Source of the DNA: a virus
Lineage: Duplodnaviria > Caudoviricetes
IMG/VR virus record: IMGVR_UViG_3300044518_000068
Location: 1-47,793 of that record
DNA length: 47,793 nucleotides
Strand: one strand, 5' to 3'
The translations under genes were made by a program, and so were the position numbers. Below the pieces are notes generated by a model. The model ran no database searches, was not told where the DNA came from, and saw only the letters and a list, made by a program, of their open reading frames with translations. Shown here piece by piece: positions 9,242 to 18,857 of this stretch. Each line of letters begins with the position of its first letter. The first letter of the stretch is position 1.

Positions 9242-10126
9242 GTGACCCTGGACGCCATGCACTGGGTGTGGAACCACTCCCAGTCGCGCGGGAACTCGCG
9301 GATCGTGCTGCTCGCGGTCGCGGACCAGGTTCGCACGCCCGAGTGTGAAGTCCGGCTCAGCTGGGCCGACTTGAAGCAAGCGCTCAACGTCACATCGAAG
9401 AGCGTCGTCAGCGCGGCCGTGAAGTCTGCAGTCGCGCTGGGGGAGTTGGAGATCGTCCAGCCCGGCGTGGGTACTCGGGCAACCCTCTATCGACTCACCA
9501 GGGCGGTCGGGTACGTCCGCAGCAATGCGGCTAGTGGTTCGGAATTCGCACCTCTGAGAGGTCCGGAATCTGGACCCCTGGGGAAGGAGGGTGGTCCGGA
9601 ATCCGGACCACTAACCGAAGTTAGAGGTACGGAATCCGGACCTCTGGGATCCGACCAAGATCACGCTAGTGGTCCGGAATCCGTACCAGAGTGGTCCGGA
9701 ATCCGTACCTCTAGTGGTCCGGAATCTGGACCACACTCTCCATCCCCAGTGCCCAAGCACGAGAGAGCGATCGACGCGCCCTCGGCGGACGCTGGCTTCC
9801 CCGCCTTCGCCCGGCCGCTCGCCGACCAACTCCAGCTCGCCGGCGTCAACGTCCGCTGGCCCTTCAACCAGACCGAGTGGTTCAAACTCGACGCCGCGAT
9901 CAAGAAGTCCGGCATCCCGGCCCTCGTCGAGTACGCCCGTCGCACCTGGGAGCGCCAGCACGGTGGCATCGACTCCGCCCGCTACTTCCTCCGCGGCTGG
10001 AGCGAACTCGCCCCGCTGCCCTCCCCGGACGCCGAACGCCCGCCCCTCCGAGCCGTCGGCACCACCGGCTGGCAGCCCTACACCAACCCCACCGATCACT
10101 CCGTGTACCAGAACGGATGGACCTGA
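9242..10126 (+). CDS. Replication initiator (lambda O-like, N-terminal wHTH)
   Basis: Contains iteron array and precedes DnaC-like ATPase; GGAAGGA RBS before GTG 9242 (ORF open from 9185). Confidence 0.8.
   Translation: MTLDAMHWVWNHSQSRGNSRIVLLAVADQVRTPECEVRLSWADLKQALNVTSKSVVSAAVKSAVALGELEIVQPGVGTRATLYRLTRAVGYVRSNAASGSEFAPLRGPESGPLGKEGGPESGPLTEVRGTESGPLGSDQDHASGPESVPEWSGIRTSSGPESGPHSPSPVPKHERAIDAPSADAGFPAFARPLADQLQLAGVNVRWPFNQTEWFKLDAAIKKSGIPALVEYARRTWERQHGGIDSARYFLRGWSELAPLPSPDAERPPLRAVGTTGWQPYTNPTDHSVYQNGWT
9536..9732. repeat. Seven 17-bp pseudo-palindromic iterons, probable phage replication origin
   Basis: Consensus GGTCCGGAATCCGGACC at 9536, 9560, 9593, 9626, 9671, 9693, 9716. Confidence 0.85.
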
Positions 10127-10896
10127 TGCCCGAGCCCCAGAACCTGGACAACACCGCCGCCCTGACCGCCCTTCAGGCCCGGCTCGATGCCCGCGGACTC
10201 GGCCACATCACCGCCGGCGACGTCCAGGACGAGCCCAACCCCGACAACCCGGGCCACCCCGAGTACCACCGCCGACAGCGCGCCGAGTTCGCCCACGCCC
10301 GCTGGCTCACCGCCGTTCCCGCCCGCTACCGCAACGCCGATGCGACCGACCTAACCATCCAGGCCTGGGCCGACCAGGTAGCCGCCGACCCCGACAACAT
10401 CAACTCCCTCCTCATCACGGGCAACACCGGCACCGGCAAGACCCACCAGGCCTGGGGCGCCCTCCGCCGCATCGCCGCCGCCGGCAGCCGCCACCGCTAC
10501 GAGATCACCGCCACCACCGCCGCCGACATGTACGGCAGCCTCCGCCCCGGTGGTAGCCCCCGCGGCACCGAAGTTGAGCTCGACCGGCTCACCGACGTGC
10601 CGATCCTTCTGCTCGACGACCTCGGCTCCGCCAAGGCCAGTGAGTGGGTGGAGGAGATCACCTACCGGCTCATCAACGCCCGCTACAACGCCTGCCGTCC
10701 GACCGTATTCACCAGCAACTACCCCGCCACGGCGCCCCGCGACGACCGCGGCAACGTCCTCGGGCCCGGCCTCGACATCGTCCTCGGCGACCGCATCGTC
10801 AGCCGCCTCGCCGAGATGACCACCGTCGTCGCCATGACCGGCACCGACCGCCGCTGGAGCCGCGCCCAGCACGCCAGCAGCACCAGTAGCCCCTGA
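10126..10896 (+). CDS. DnaC/IstB-like AAA+ ATPase (helicase loader)
   Basis: Walker A GNTGTGKT, Walker B LLLDDLG, FTSN, DRIVSRL. Confidence 0.92.
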   Translation: MPEPQNLDNTAALTALQARLDARGLGHITAGDVQDEPNPDNPGHPEYHRRQRAEFAHARWLTAVPARYRNADATDLTIQAWADQVAADPDNINSLLITGNTGTGKTHQAWGALRRIAAAGSRHRYEITATTAADMYGSLRPGGSPRGTEVELDRLTDVPILLLDDLGSAKASEWVEEITYRLINARYNACRPTVFTSNYPATAPRDDRGNVLGPGLDIVLGDRIVSRLAEMTTVVAMTGTDRRWSRAQHASSTSSP

Positions 10897-10983
10897 CGGG
10901 GCGCCAGCGCCCGGAGACCGGTCCCGCATCCGAACGGGTGCGCGACCCCGCCACAGCCCGCCACACACCCCCTGGAGCTCTCC

Positions 10984-11517
10984 ATGCCCGCACTCCCGCC
11001 GATCCGCCTCGCCAACGACCAGATTGCCGACATCCGCGCACACATCACTGCCGAGGTAGACCGGGCGCTCGCCGAGAACGCCGCGGCCGTTCCCGCCGAC
11101 GTCTACCGCGAGCGGCACCACCTCATCGCCCACCTCGCCGCCCTCTACCCGGCCGTGCTCGACCACAACGCCGACCCCGACAACCCCGGTTGGCCGGTGA
11201 TTTTCATCGGCCTGCCCACCGGACAGGTCTCCTGGCACATCAACCCCGCCGACCTCGACCTGTTCGCCCACGTTCCCGCCCGCACCGCGCACTGGGACGG
11301 CCACACCACGGCCGAGAAGTACCAGCGCCTCGACCAGGCCACCGTCGACCTCGCCGCATCCCACGCCCAACCGCCGGCCTGCTACGCCCCGCACCCCACC
11401 GTGGACTGGGCCCGGTGCGAACTCGACCCGGGCCACGATGGCTGGCACGCGCACACCGCCGGCGCCTGGCCGCCCGTTGCACTCCCGCTCAACACCCCGA
11501 CCACCCAGGAGGCCTGA
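10984..11517 (+). CDS. WDGH-motif phage protein
   Basis: LPTGQVSWHI...WDGHTTAEKYQRL. Confidence 0.75.
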   Translation: MPALPPIRLANDQIADIRAHITAEVDRALAENAAAVPADVYRERHHLIAHLAALYPAVLDHNADPDNPGWPVIFIGLPTGQVSWHINPADLDLFAHVPARTAHWDGHTTAEKYQRLDQATVDLAASHAQPPACYAPHPTVDWARCELDPGHDGWHAHTAGAWPPVALPLNTPTTQEA

Positions 11518-11520
11518 GCC

Positions 11521-11712
11521 ATGACCGTCATCCGCTTCCGCTGCCCCGAGCTGCCGTGCTCCCGCGGGCCCGTCGCCGTGCACATCACCGCACCCGACCA
11601 GACCGCCACCGCGGTCGAGCACGCCGCCTGCCGCCACATCACCTCCGCCGAGCGCGAGCAGCTCGCCACCGGCACCGTCCCCGCCCGACTCACCGTCCGG
11701 GGCGAGCGGTGA
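11521..11712 (+). CDS. Small hypothetical protein
   Basis: AGGAGG RBS; Cys/His residues. Confidence 0.6.
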   Translation: MTVIRFRCPELPCSRGPVAVHITAPDQTATAVEHAACRHITSAEREQLATGTVPARLTVRGER

Positions 11713-12203
11713 CCAACACCCCGCCTACCGCCCGCCTGTTCACCCTGCAGCGCGACGAGGACGTCACCGGCGTCTCCGGCACCGGCACCGTCGCCCACGG
11801 CGTCCAGTGGCCCGACGGCACCGTCGCGATGCGCTGGCTCAGCAACACCGCCTCCACCGTGCTGTGGCACAGCATCGCCGACGCGATTGCCGTACACGGC
11901 CACGACGGCCGCACCCGCGTCGTCTGGGCCGACCAGCAGCAGTCCGACCCGGCGCCCGAGTCCGCCGCGAGCTACCGCCGGGACCTGGAGTACATGCTCC
12001 GCACCATGCTCGCCTCTGGCGACGCCGACGACGCGATCACCGACTTGACCGCCCTTGAGGCCGCCGCCCGGCGCGAGCAGCGCGACCGGACCCTCGCCGA
12101 GAGCGCGGAGTTGCTGTTCGCCGAGGTCCGGAGCCACCGCTACTGCGGGGAGAAGCTGCTCGCCGCCCGCAGCACCACCGACCCGACCACGACGGAGGCC
12201 TGA
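11709..12203 (+). CDS. Actinophage-type hypothetical protein
   Basis: RDEDVTGVSGTGTVAHGVQWPDG...VHGHDGRTRVVW. Confidence 0.75.
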   Translation: MTNTPPTARLFTLQRDEDVTGVSGTGTVAHGVQWPDGTVAMRWLSNTASTVLWHSIADAIAVHGHDGRTRVVWADQQQSDPAPESAASYRRDLEYMLRTMLASGDADDAITDLTALEAAARREQRDRTLAESAELLFAEVRSHRYCGEKLLAARSTTDPTTTEA

Positions 12204-12205
12204 CC

Positions 12206-13033
12206 ATGGCCACAGGCCCGATCACCGACGCCGCCAAGCGGTTCGCCACCGACACCGAGCACCACCAGCTCACCGTCCTGCACGAGGATGGCCTGTATCG
12301 GCACATCCGCGCCCAGCAACCCGGCACCGGGCACTGCTGGTTCGACCTGATCACATGGCCCGGCACCCTGACCGTCAAGGGCGACATGGGCACCTACACC
12401 TTCAGCCGCGCCCAGGACATGCTCGACTTCTTCCGCCGCTCCACTTCGTACGACGGCCCTAACCTCTCGTACTGGGAGGAGAAGCTCGACGCCGTCGACT
12501 CCAGCTCTGGGGTCCGCACCTACTCCGTGGACCTGCTCCGCCAGCACATCGCCGACGACGTGACCGCTGAGGCTGAAGCCGACCTGGACCGGCGCATACG
12601 CGAGCAGGCCGAAGAACTCGACCTCGCCGCCGACCGCCTGCCCGCCGGTGTCGCCGACGCCTGCCGAGCCGCCAGCAGCGCCTACATGGACGGCCTGCGC
12701 GAAGCCCTCGACGACGAGCTCCTCGGCGAGTACCCCACCTGGTGCATCGAGGACGAGGGCGACGCCCTGGCCGGCATCCGGCAGTTCAGCTACCGGCCCG
12801 ACAGCGCCCCATACAGCGAGCAGTCGTTCACGTTCGACCCGACTGAGTGGGACGTCCGCGAGTACGCCTGGCACTACGTCTGGTGCTGCCACGCGATCCT
12901 GTGGGCCATCGCTGCCTACGACCGGGCCCGGGCCGAACAGTCGGCGCCCGAGCTGCAGACCGCCGCCACGCTGGGGCTGCCGGCCGAGCAGCCGGTCCCG
13001 GTCCTCGCCAGCGCCGCGCCCGTGGAGGGCTGA
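12206..13033 (+). CDS. Phage hypothetical protein
   Basis: GGAGG RBS; DGLYRH...FDLITWPG...WCCHAILWAIAAYD. Confidence 0.8.
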   Translation: MATGPITDAAKRFATDTEHHQLTVLHEDGLYRHIRAQQPGTGHCWFDLITWPGTLTVKGDMGTYTFSRAQDMLDFFRRSTSYDGPNLSYWEEKLDAVDSSSGVRTYSVDLLRQHIADDVTAEAEADLDRRIREQAEELDLAADRLPAGVADACRAASSAYMDGLREALDDELLGEYPTWCIEDEGDALAGIRQFSYRPDSAPYSEQSFTFDPTEWDVREYAWHYVWCCHAILWAIAAYDRARAEQSAPELQTAATLGLPAEQPVPVLASAAPVEG

Positions 13034-13036
13034 CTG

Positions 13037-13885
13037 GTGACCGTCCAGCCCACCACCGAGCAGCTGCACGCCCGCCTCGCCCACGCGCTCCGCGCCGCCG
13101 CCCACGACTGCGACGGCACCTGCGGCCTCGACGAGCGCGAATGCCTCGCCGAACACCCGATCCAGGTCGCCTACTACGACGCCAGCGAGATCGGAGGCGT
13201 GGAAGGCACCGTCCACAGCCTCGCCACCGTCACCCTCGCCGCCATCCAGCCCGAACTCGACCGGCTTCGCGAGACGCACCGCCGCGACCTGCTCGCCGCC
13301 GAGACATCCGCCGGCGTCCTCCAGGAACAGATCAACGCCCAGGCCGCTGAGCTCGACCGCCTCCGTGCCGAGCTGGCCGGGCGGGACGAGCGGATCGAGC
13401 AGCTGTCGGCCGGGTGCGGGCAGCTCTCCGCAGCGGTCCGCGACCAGCGGGAGCGCGCCGAACAGGCAACCGCCGGACGGGACCGCTACCGCACCGCGTG
13501 GCACTCCGCCCGCCGCCGCGCCGCCGACCGCACCGGCGAACTGGACACCGCCCGCGAACGGCTGGCGAACTACGGCAGCCCGATCGTCGGGCCCGTGCCC
13601 GTCCCGCAGGTAGACCAGGGCGCCATCAAGCAACTCGCCGTCCGCGACGAGCTGGAGCGCACCGGCACCACTCCCTGGGCGTGGGCTGTCGGCCGCAGCC
13701 TGTGCCCGGAACGCACCGGCTGCCCGTCCGGCCTGCTGGCCCTGTTCGAGCTGACCAAGCGGGGCCGCCTGCCCGTTCACCGCGGCGACTACGGCCCCCG
13801 CTGCGAGGGTTCCGGGAAGCTGCCGGCCGTCGTGCTCCACGCCACCCTCGACGGCCCCGCTGACGGCCCGTCGACCAGCAACTGA
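13037..13885 (+). CDS. Coiled-coil hypothetical protein
   Basis: Long heptad-like region, Cys motifs at both ends. Confidence 0.7.
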   Translation: MTVQPTTEQLHARLAHALRAAAHDCDGTCGLDERECLAEHPIQVAYYDASEIGGVEGTVHSLATVTLAAIQPELDRLRETHRRDLLAAETSAGVLQEQINAQAAELDRLRAELAGRDERIEQLSAGCGQLSAAVRDQRERAEQATAGRDRYRTAWHSARRRAADRTGELDTARERLANYGSPIVGPVPVPQVDQGAIKQLAVRDELERTGTTPWAWAVGRSLCPERTGCPSGLLALFELTKRGRLPVHRGDYGPRCEGSGKLPAVVLHATLDGPADGPSTSN

Positions 13886-13937
13886 CACCCGTCACCACCC
13901 GCCCCACCAACCCGAGCACGAGCACCAGGAGCACGCG

Positions 13938-14474
13938 ATGGCCACCACCCCGCCCCTGATCACCGCCGCGCAGGCCGGCGACCGCGAGGCCATCGCGGCC
14001 CTGTACCAGCAGCACCAGCCTGCCGTCCGCGGCTACCTCGCCCGCCGGTGCCCCGCCGACCTCGCCGACGACCTCGCCCAGGACGTGTGGGTCCGCGCAC
14101 TCCGTGCCCTGCCCGCCTACCGGTGGACTGGCCGGCCGCTCGAGGCCTGGCTGATCACCATCGCCCGCAACCTGCTCGCCGACCACGGCAAGCGGTCCTC
14201 GAGCCAGCGCGAGGTCCCGCTCGGGGACCAGATGCTCGAGGACCCGGCCGGCCCGCTGCTCGAGGACCAGGTGCTCGCCAAGCTCGACGCCGCACCCGTC
14301 CGCGCCGCCGTCGAGCAGCTGCCCGCCGTCCACCGGCAGACCCTGATCCTCACCCACTGGACCGGCCTGACCACCACGCAGATCGCCGCCCACACCGGCC
14401 GCACCCCGGGCGCCGTCCGGTGCAGCCGCCACCGTGCCGGGGCCGCCCTCCGACGCCAGCTGACGGCCGCCTGA
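13938..14474 (+). CDS. ECF-type RNA polymerase sigma factor
   Basis: AQAGDREA, ADDLAQDVW (region 2), AWLITIARN, region-4 HTH. Confidence 0.88.
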   Translation: MATTPPLITAAQAGDREAIAALYQQHQPAVRGYLARRCPADLADDLAQDVWVRALRALPAYRWTGRPLEAWLITIARNLLADHGKRSSSQREVPLGDQMLEDPAGPLLEDQVLAKLDAAPVRAAVEQLPAVHRQTLILTHWTGLTTTQIAAHTGRTPGAVRCSRHRAGAALRRQLTAA

Positions 14475-14530
14475 CGGCCGTCACGACGGCCCTGACCTGC
14501 CAACGAACGCCCACACAACCGGAGGCCACC

Positions 14531-15142
14531 ATGCCCCAACTCACCGCCCGCCAGATCGAGATCATCACCGCGATCGCCAACGGACAGGACACCACCGAGA
14601 TCGCTACCCGGATCGGGATCAGCCCCACCGCGATCCGCGCGCACATCTACCAGGCCGGCCTGAAGCTGGGCGCGCGCGGCAGGGCCGAGGTCGTCGACGC
14701 CGCGATCCGCGTCGGCATCCTGCCCGAACAGCCACGCAGTCGCTGTGACGAGCAGTCGACGGCCGGCGTCGATCCCGCGCAGGTGCCGTCGCTGCAGCCG
14801 CGGCAGCTGAAGCTGCTCGGGATGCTCACGGATGGTTTGACGATCGAGCAGATCGCCCGGCGGCTGGATGCTTCGCCACGGCAGGTGAGGAGCCGGCTCG
14901 GGTCGATCCGCCGGCGGCTGGGAGCACGAACGAACACCCAGCTGGTGCATCGGGCGCACCAGTTGGGGTTTCTGGCGCCTGTGCAGGAGGTCCGGCGCGT
15001 GGTGCGGCTGGTGTCGCCGTCAGCGCCGCGGCCTGGTGCGTTGACACCGAAGCCGCGGTCTGGGCCGGCCGACGCGCGGGCGATCGCGCAGCAACTGGAG
15101 GCCACGTTCGTACGGCCGGCGGGGAAGCAGGACCCGCGGTGA
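14531..15142 (+). CDS. Tandem LuxR-type HTH regulator
   Basis: Two LuxR C-terminal repeats (LTARQIEI...; LQPRQLKLL...LGARTNTQLV). Confidence 0.85.
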   Translation: MPQLTARQIEIITAIANGQDTTEIATRIGISPTAIRAHIYQAGLKLGARGRAEVVDAAIRVGILPEQPRSRCDEQSTAGVDPAQVPSLQPRQLKLLGMLTDGLTIEQIARRLDASPRQVRSRLGSIRRRLGARTNTQLVHRAHQLGFLAPVQEVRRVVRLVSPSAPRPGALTPKPRSGPADARAIAQQLEATFVRPAGKQDPR

Positions 15143-15519
15143 GCGTGGCGGCCAGCAGCCGGTCCGCTCGGCACCTGGAGCTGTTTGTCGAGCACCCCTG
15201 CTGCTACATCGTCCCGGGCGCGGAGGACGTGGTGCAGTGCGGACTGTGGTGCGGCCACGACGGCGCACACCTGCCGTACGTGCCCGGCGCGTACCTGTGG
15301 CTGGCGCCGGAGCTGCACCCGCTGGACGCGCTGCGGCTCCGGCTCGCGCGGTGGCCGTGGCGGATGTTGTGCCCCGTGTGCGCCGGTACCGCGTCCAGCT
15401 GGGAGGCGAAGCAGGCCGGGTTGACGGTGTGGATCCTCGGCGGGGAACAGCGGGCGGGCTACCCGACGGAGTGGCGGTTCGGGCCGTGCGGTTGCGAGGC
15501 GCGGGAGGTGCGGTGGTGA
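15139..15519 (+). CDS. Cys-rich hypothetical protein
   Basis: GTGA overlap; CxxC motifs. Confidence 0.55.
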   Translation: MSVAASSRSARHLELFVEHPCCYIVPGAEDVVQCGLWCGHDGAHLPYVPGAYLWLAPELHPLDALRLRLARWPWRMLCPVCAGTASSWEAKQAGLTVWILGGEQRAGYPTEWRFGPCGCEAREVRW

Positions 15520-15580
15520 TCGGTCCGGGGCAGCGCGAAGGGCCGCACGGCGCACCGGGCGGCTGACGGGGCGGGGGCGG

Positions 15581-15847
15581 CTACTTGGCCGGCAGTGCCT
15601 CGGAGGCCGGCGCCTTCGGGGGTCGGCCGCCCTTGCGGGATCGGCGTTCGGCGACCTCCTGGTCCGCGGCGGCGAGGTCGGCGAGGTCGTGCTGGTCGCC
15701 GTGCTGCTCGATGACGGTGCGGACGTGGGCGACGAGGTCGGTGGTGCGGTCGGTGCCCTGGCGGGCGGTGACGCGCTCGTAGGCCTCCCACATGGTGCGG
15801 GAGCAGCGGAAGCGGGCGGTGAAGGTGTGGTCGACGCTGTCGCTCAT
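15581..15847 (-). CDS. Ribbon-helix-helix-like regulator
   Basis: TFTARFRCSRTMWEAY strand-helix-helix pattern; KGGRPPK tail; divergent orientation. Confidence 0.6.
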   Translation of the reverse strand: MSDSVDHTFTARFRCSRTMWEAYERVTARQGTDRTTDLVAHVRTVIEQHGDQHDLADLAAADQEVAERRSRKGGRPPKAPASEALPAK

Positions 15848-15883
15848 GAGGTCATGTTGCCACAGGGTATTTGGCCAAGGCGC

Positions 15884-15922
15884 TTGTGTAGCCACGCGGT
15901 TTTCAATACTGTGTAGCCACAA
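15884..15922 (+). promoter_or_regulatory. Promoter with overlapping operator repeats
   Basis: TTGTGT-N17-TACTGT; direct repeat TGTGTAGCCAC at 15885-15895 and 15910-15920. Confidence 0.6.
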
Positions 15923-15948
15923 GGTTACCCATGGCCCGGGAGGCCCAC

Positions 15949-16521
15949 ATGCGCTGCACCATCACCGCCCACCGCCGCGTCATCACCGCCGTCCTCACGG
16001 TCACCTACCTCGACCTCAACAACCCCCGCCTCACCACCATCAGCAACTACCTCGCCGACCTCGGCGCCGACGCCCGGCTGATCCGCTCTACCAAGTCCGT
16101 CCTCGGCCGCCGTATCAAGGCCGCGTTCGCCGCCGCCGGCCTCACCCGCGCCACCGTGCTGGCCCGCGTCAAGCCCGCCCGAGGCCGCCGCTCCTGGCTC
16201 ACCCGCACCCCGGCCTACGCGCCCGAGCAACTGGCCACCGTCGCCCAGGTCGTCGCCGACTACCCGCCCACCACCCACCTGGCGCCGACCCCCGCCGACG
16301 ACCCCGAGGCACTGGCCCTCATGACCGCGATCGAGCAGGCCAGCGCGAAGATCGACCGCCTCACCCGCCGCTTCGCTGTCCCCGCCAGCAGCTGGATCGA
16401 GGTCAATAACCTCCGCGCCGACCTGGACGCTGCCTACAACTACCGCGGGCTGCTGGTGGATGCGCTCCTGGACCACTACCGGGCCAAGCTGCGGCCCATG
16501 CAGCACACCACCGCCGCCTGA
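15949..16521 (+). CDS. Hypothetical protein
   Basis: GGGAGG RBS; GC3 bias. Confidence 0.7.
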   Translation: MRCTITAHRRVITAVLTVTYLDLNNPRLTTISNYLADLGADARLIRSTKSVLGRRIKAAFAAAGLTRATVLARVKPARGRRSWLTRTPAYAPEQLATVAQVVADYPPTTHLAPTPADDPEALALMTAIEQASAKIDRLTRRFAVPASSWIEVNNLRADLDAAYNYRGLLVDALLDHYRAKLRPMQHTTAA

Positions 16522-16578
16522 ACAACCCCTGGCGGCGCGTCACACCGCGCCGCCACCCACCCCGCCGAGGAGCGCGCG

Positions 16579-16719
16579 TTGGACGACACCTGCCACGGCT
16601 GCGGGCGCCCCGCCGACGGCCACACCGACCACAACGGCGACCCCGCCTGCACCGACTGCCTCACAACCTGGGCCGGCCAGGACGACGACGCCGAATGGCG
16701 CCACCACGCCTACCACTGA
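16579..16719 (+). CDS. Small Zn-finger-like protein (not in ORF track)
   Basis: GAGGAG RBS, TTG start; CHGC...CTDC. Confidence 0.5.
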   Translation: MDDTCHGCGRPADGHTDHNGDPACTDCLTTWAGQDDDAEWRHHAYH

Positions 16720-16729
16720 GGAGACCACA

Positions 16730-17059
16730 ATGACCGACACCCGCGCCGACTTCACCGCCGCCCTCCGCCAGCTCGCCGACTGGTTCGACGCCAACCCCCA
16801 GTGCCCGACGGGCGGAAACGAGAGGTTCCTCCTCCCGCTCCTCACCAACGACGCGGTGACCGAACTCGCCCAGCAGAACGGGCTGGAGATCGTGGCCAAG
16901 GAGGGCAACCTGTCCGCCGACATCAAGTTCGGCCCGATCACCCTCCATGCCTACGGCTACGCCGACTTCGCGCAGCACCACGCTGCTTCCAAGGAGCGCA
17001 ACGCCCGTGAGTGGGCCGACCAGAACAACCTGGAGCTCGTCCCCCGGGCCGACGCGTGA
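16730..17059 (+). CDS. Hypothetical protein
   Basis: GAGGAG RBS; ALRQLADWFDANP. Confidence 0.75.
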   Translation: MTDTRADFTAALRQLADWFDANPQCPTGGNERFLLPLLTNDAVTELAQQNGLEIVAKEGNLSADIKFGPITLHAYGYADFAQHHAASKERNAREWADQNNLELVPRADA

Positions 17060-17244
17060 CCAGCCCCCGCGCCATCGCCGAGCCGTCCGCCTGCCGACAC
17101 TGCGACCTGCCCTGCCACGGCCACGCCCGCCAGTGGACGCAGGCGGCCGGCTTGCACCCGTGGACCGCCCCGACCGACCAGCAGATCCTTGCCCGCATGC
17201 AGGCCCGCCGTGCCGCCCGCACCACCCCGACCGCCATCACCTGA
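17056..17244 (+). CDS. Small Cys/His phage protein
   Basis: CRHC...H...W...PTDQQILARM. Confidence 0.7.
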   Translation: MTSPRAIAEPSACRHCDLPCHGHARQWTQAAGLHPWTAPTDQQILARMQARRAARTTPTAIT

Positions 17245-17256
17245 CCGGAGAACACC

Positions 17257-17901
17257 ATGCCCGACACCGCTGCTACCGCCATCGAGGCGGCCGAAGCGAT
17301 CCGCACCCTCAACCACCAGACGCTCAGCGCCGGATGGGCCGAACAGCCCGGCGGCGTCGCTGAGGTCGCCGGTGCCCTGCTGCGGCTCGCCGAACGGCTG
17401 CCCCAGGCCCTGCAGCAGGTCTACGACGGGCTCGACCGGCTCGACCAGGCCGGCACGATCCGCATGGACAACGGCACCGACCCGATCGCCGAGGCGGGCC
17501 GCGTGCTGGTCGCCCTGGAGAACGCCCGCTCCCGGGCCCAGCAGCTCGCCTCGGTGCTGGTGACGGCAGCCGACGGCCTGGGCCACATGGGCGGCCACTT
17601 CGAGGACGACGAGCGTGACAGCGCCCAACTCCCGCTCACCGGCGGCCCCGAGCTGCCCCGCACCACCGCCACCGGCCGGCACTACCTCGCCCGCTTCGCC
17701 GCCGCCGAGCGCAACGGCCAGCCGGTGCACGTCTACCGCGACCCGAGCAAGCCCGGCAGTGGCGTCAGCCGGCCCCACCTCGACCGGCTTCGCGGCGACG
17801 GTCTGGTCGACGTAGGCGTGTACCGGCCGCTCCACGGCCGGCCGGTGCTGCTCACCGACCTCGGCCGCCAGGTGCTCGCCGCCCACACCCCGACCACCTG
17901 A
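17257..17901 (+). CDS. Hypothetical protein, possible C-terminal wHTH
   Basis: GGAG RBS; LTDLGRQVL ending. Confidence 0.7.
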   Translation: MPDTAATAIEAAEAIRTLNHQTLSAGWAEQPGGVAEVAGALLRLAERLPQALQQVYDGLDRLDQAGTIRMDNGTDPIAEAGRVLVALENARSRAQQLASVLVTAADGLGHMGGHFEDDERDSAQLPLTGGPELPRTTATGRHYLARFAAAERNGQPVHVYRDPSKPGSGVSRPHLDRLRGDGLVDVGVYRPLHGRPVLLTDLGRQVLAAHTPTT

Positions 17902-17912
17902 GGAGACCCGCC

Positions 17913-18233
17913 ATGCCTACCCACCTCGCCACCGAGACCCGCGTGATCACGCTCACCGTCTCGGACATGCCCGATCTGCCCAGCTGGGACGGCAAGCTCC
18001 ACATCATCCCCGCCACCGTTGAGATCACCTACCGGTGGGAGCACCCCGACCACCGCGACGACTGGTACCAGCCCGGCCAGGTCAGGATCACCGTCACCGG
18101 ACCCCGCCGGCTCAAGTCCGGCGGCGCCGGCCAGCAGATCACCAGCGTGTTCCACGAGCACGGCGGCCGGCCGCGCCCCGACTGGCTGACCGAGCTGGTG
18201 AACCAGCACATGCCGGAGGGTTGGAACCGGTGA
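17913..18233 (+). CDS. Hypothetical protein
   Basis: GAGGAG RBS. Confidence 0.75.
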   Translation: MPTHLATETRVITLTVSDMPDLPSWDGKLHIIPATVEITYRWEHPDHRDDWYQPGQVRITVTGPRRLKSGGAGQQITSVFHEHGGRPRPDWLTELVNQHMPEGWNR

Positions 18234-18433
18234 CCGACGACTTCGGCGACGACACCTGGGGCGACGAAGACGACGTCTCCGAGGACTGGCAGCCAGGCGA
18301 ATGTGACCGCTGCCCCGGCGGCGACGACCGCGGCGTCACCGCCACCAGTCCACTCGGCCCCCTGTACTGCGCCTGCCGCATCGGCCAGGGCGCCGACCCC
18401 GGCGACTGCACCTGCGGGCCGATCAGCGACTGA
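18230..18433 (+). CDS. Small acidic Cys-rich protein
   Basis: GTGA overlap; CDRC...CAC...CTC. Confidence 0.6.
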   Translation: MTDDFGDDTWGDEDDVSEDWQPGECDRCPGGDDRGVTATSPLGPLYCACRIGQGADPGDCTCGPISD

Positions 18434-18459
18434 CGGTCTGCTGACGCCCGTCACCACCA

Positions 18460-18488
18460 GCCGCCCGGCAACCGCCGGGCGGCTTTTC
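18460..18488 (+). terminator. Intrinsic terminator
   Basis: GCCGCCCGGC / GCCGGGCGGC hairpin followed by TTTT. Confidence 0.7.
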
Positions 18489-18533
18489 CGCGCTCCCCAA
18501 CCGCAGGGCCCACCCCAGCGAGAGGATGACCCC

Positions 18534-18770
18534 ATGAACGAACCCGAGACTGATCCCGAGACCCGCGAGTACTGCTGGATGATCACTGGCACCTGGAAAC
18601 CCGTCGGCGCTGAACCCCGGACCGCCACGAAGACCGGCATCATCAGCGTCATCGTCGAAGACGGCCGCCAGGAAGCCCTGGACGGCGCCATCCTCGCGTT
18701 CTGCAACCTGGTTGGCGCCCGGGACGTGCAGGTGTCGTTCCTCTACCTGGAGCCGAACAGCCTCGGCTGA
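18534..18770 (+). CDS. Hypothetical protein
   Basis: GAGGA RBS. Confidence 0.6.
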   Translation: MNEPETDPETREYCWMITGTWKPVGAEPRTATKTGIISVIVEDGRQEALDGAILAFCNLVGARDVQVSFLYLEPNSLG

Positions 18771-18857
18771 CGGGCCCCGTGCAACAGTTCTGCGCTCCGG
18801 CAGTTGAGTAGGGCGGGTGTGCGACGGGCGCACGCCCGCGCCAGCGGAGGCCGCCCC

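Noticed and set aside
9536-9732. Repeats considered as a CRISPR array
   Set aside because: Inside a CDS, 17-bp units with short irregular gaps; iterons fit better
15897-15911. GGTTTTCAATACTG as a self-target of spacer 3
   Set aside because: Only a short gapped resemblance with no seed match; the CATACTC match at 22113 is likewise too short
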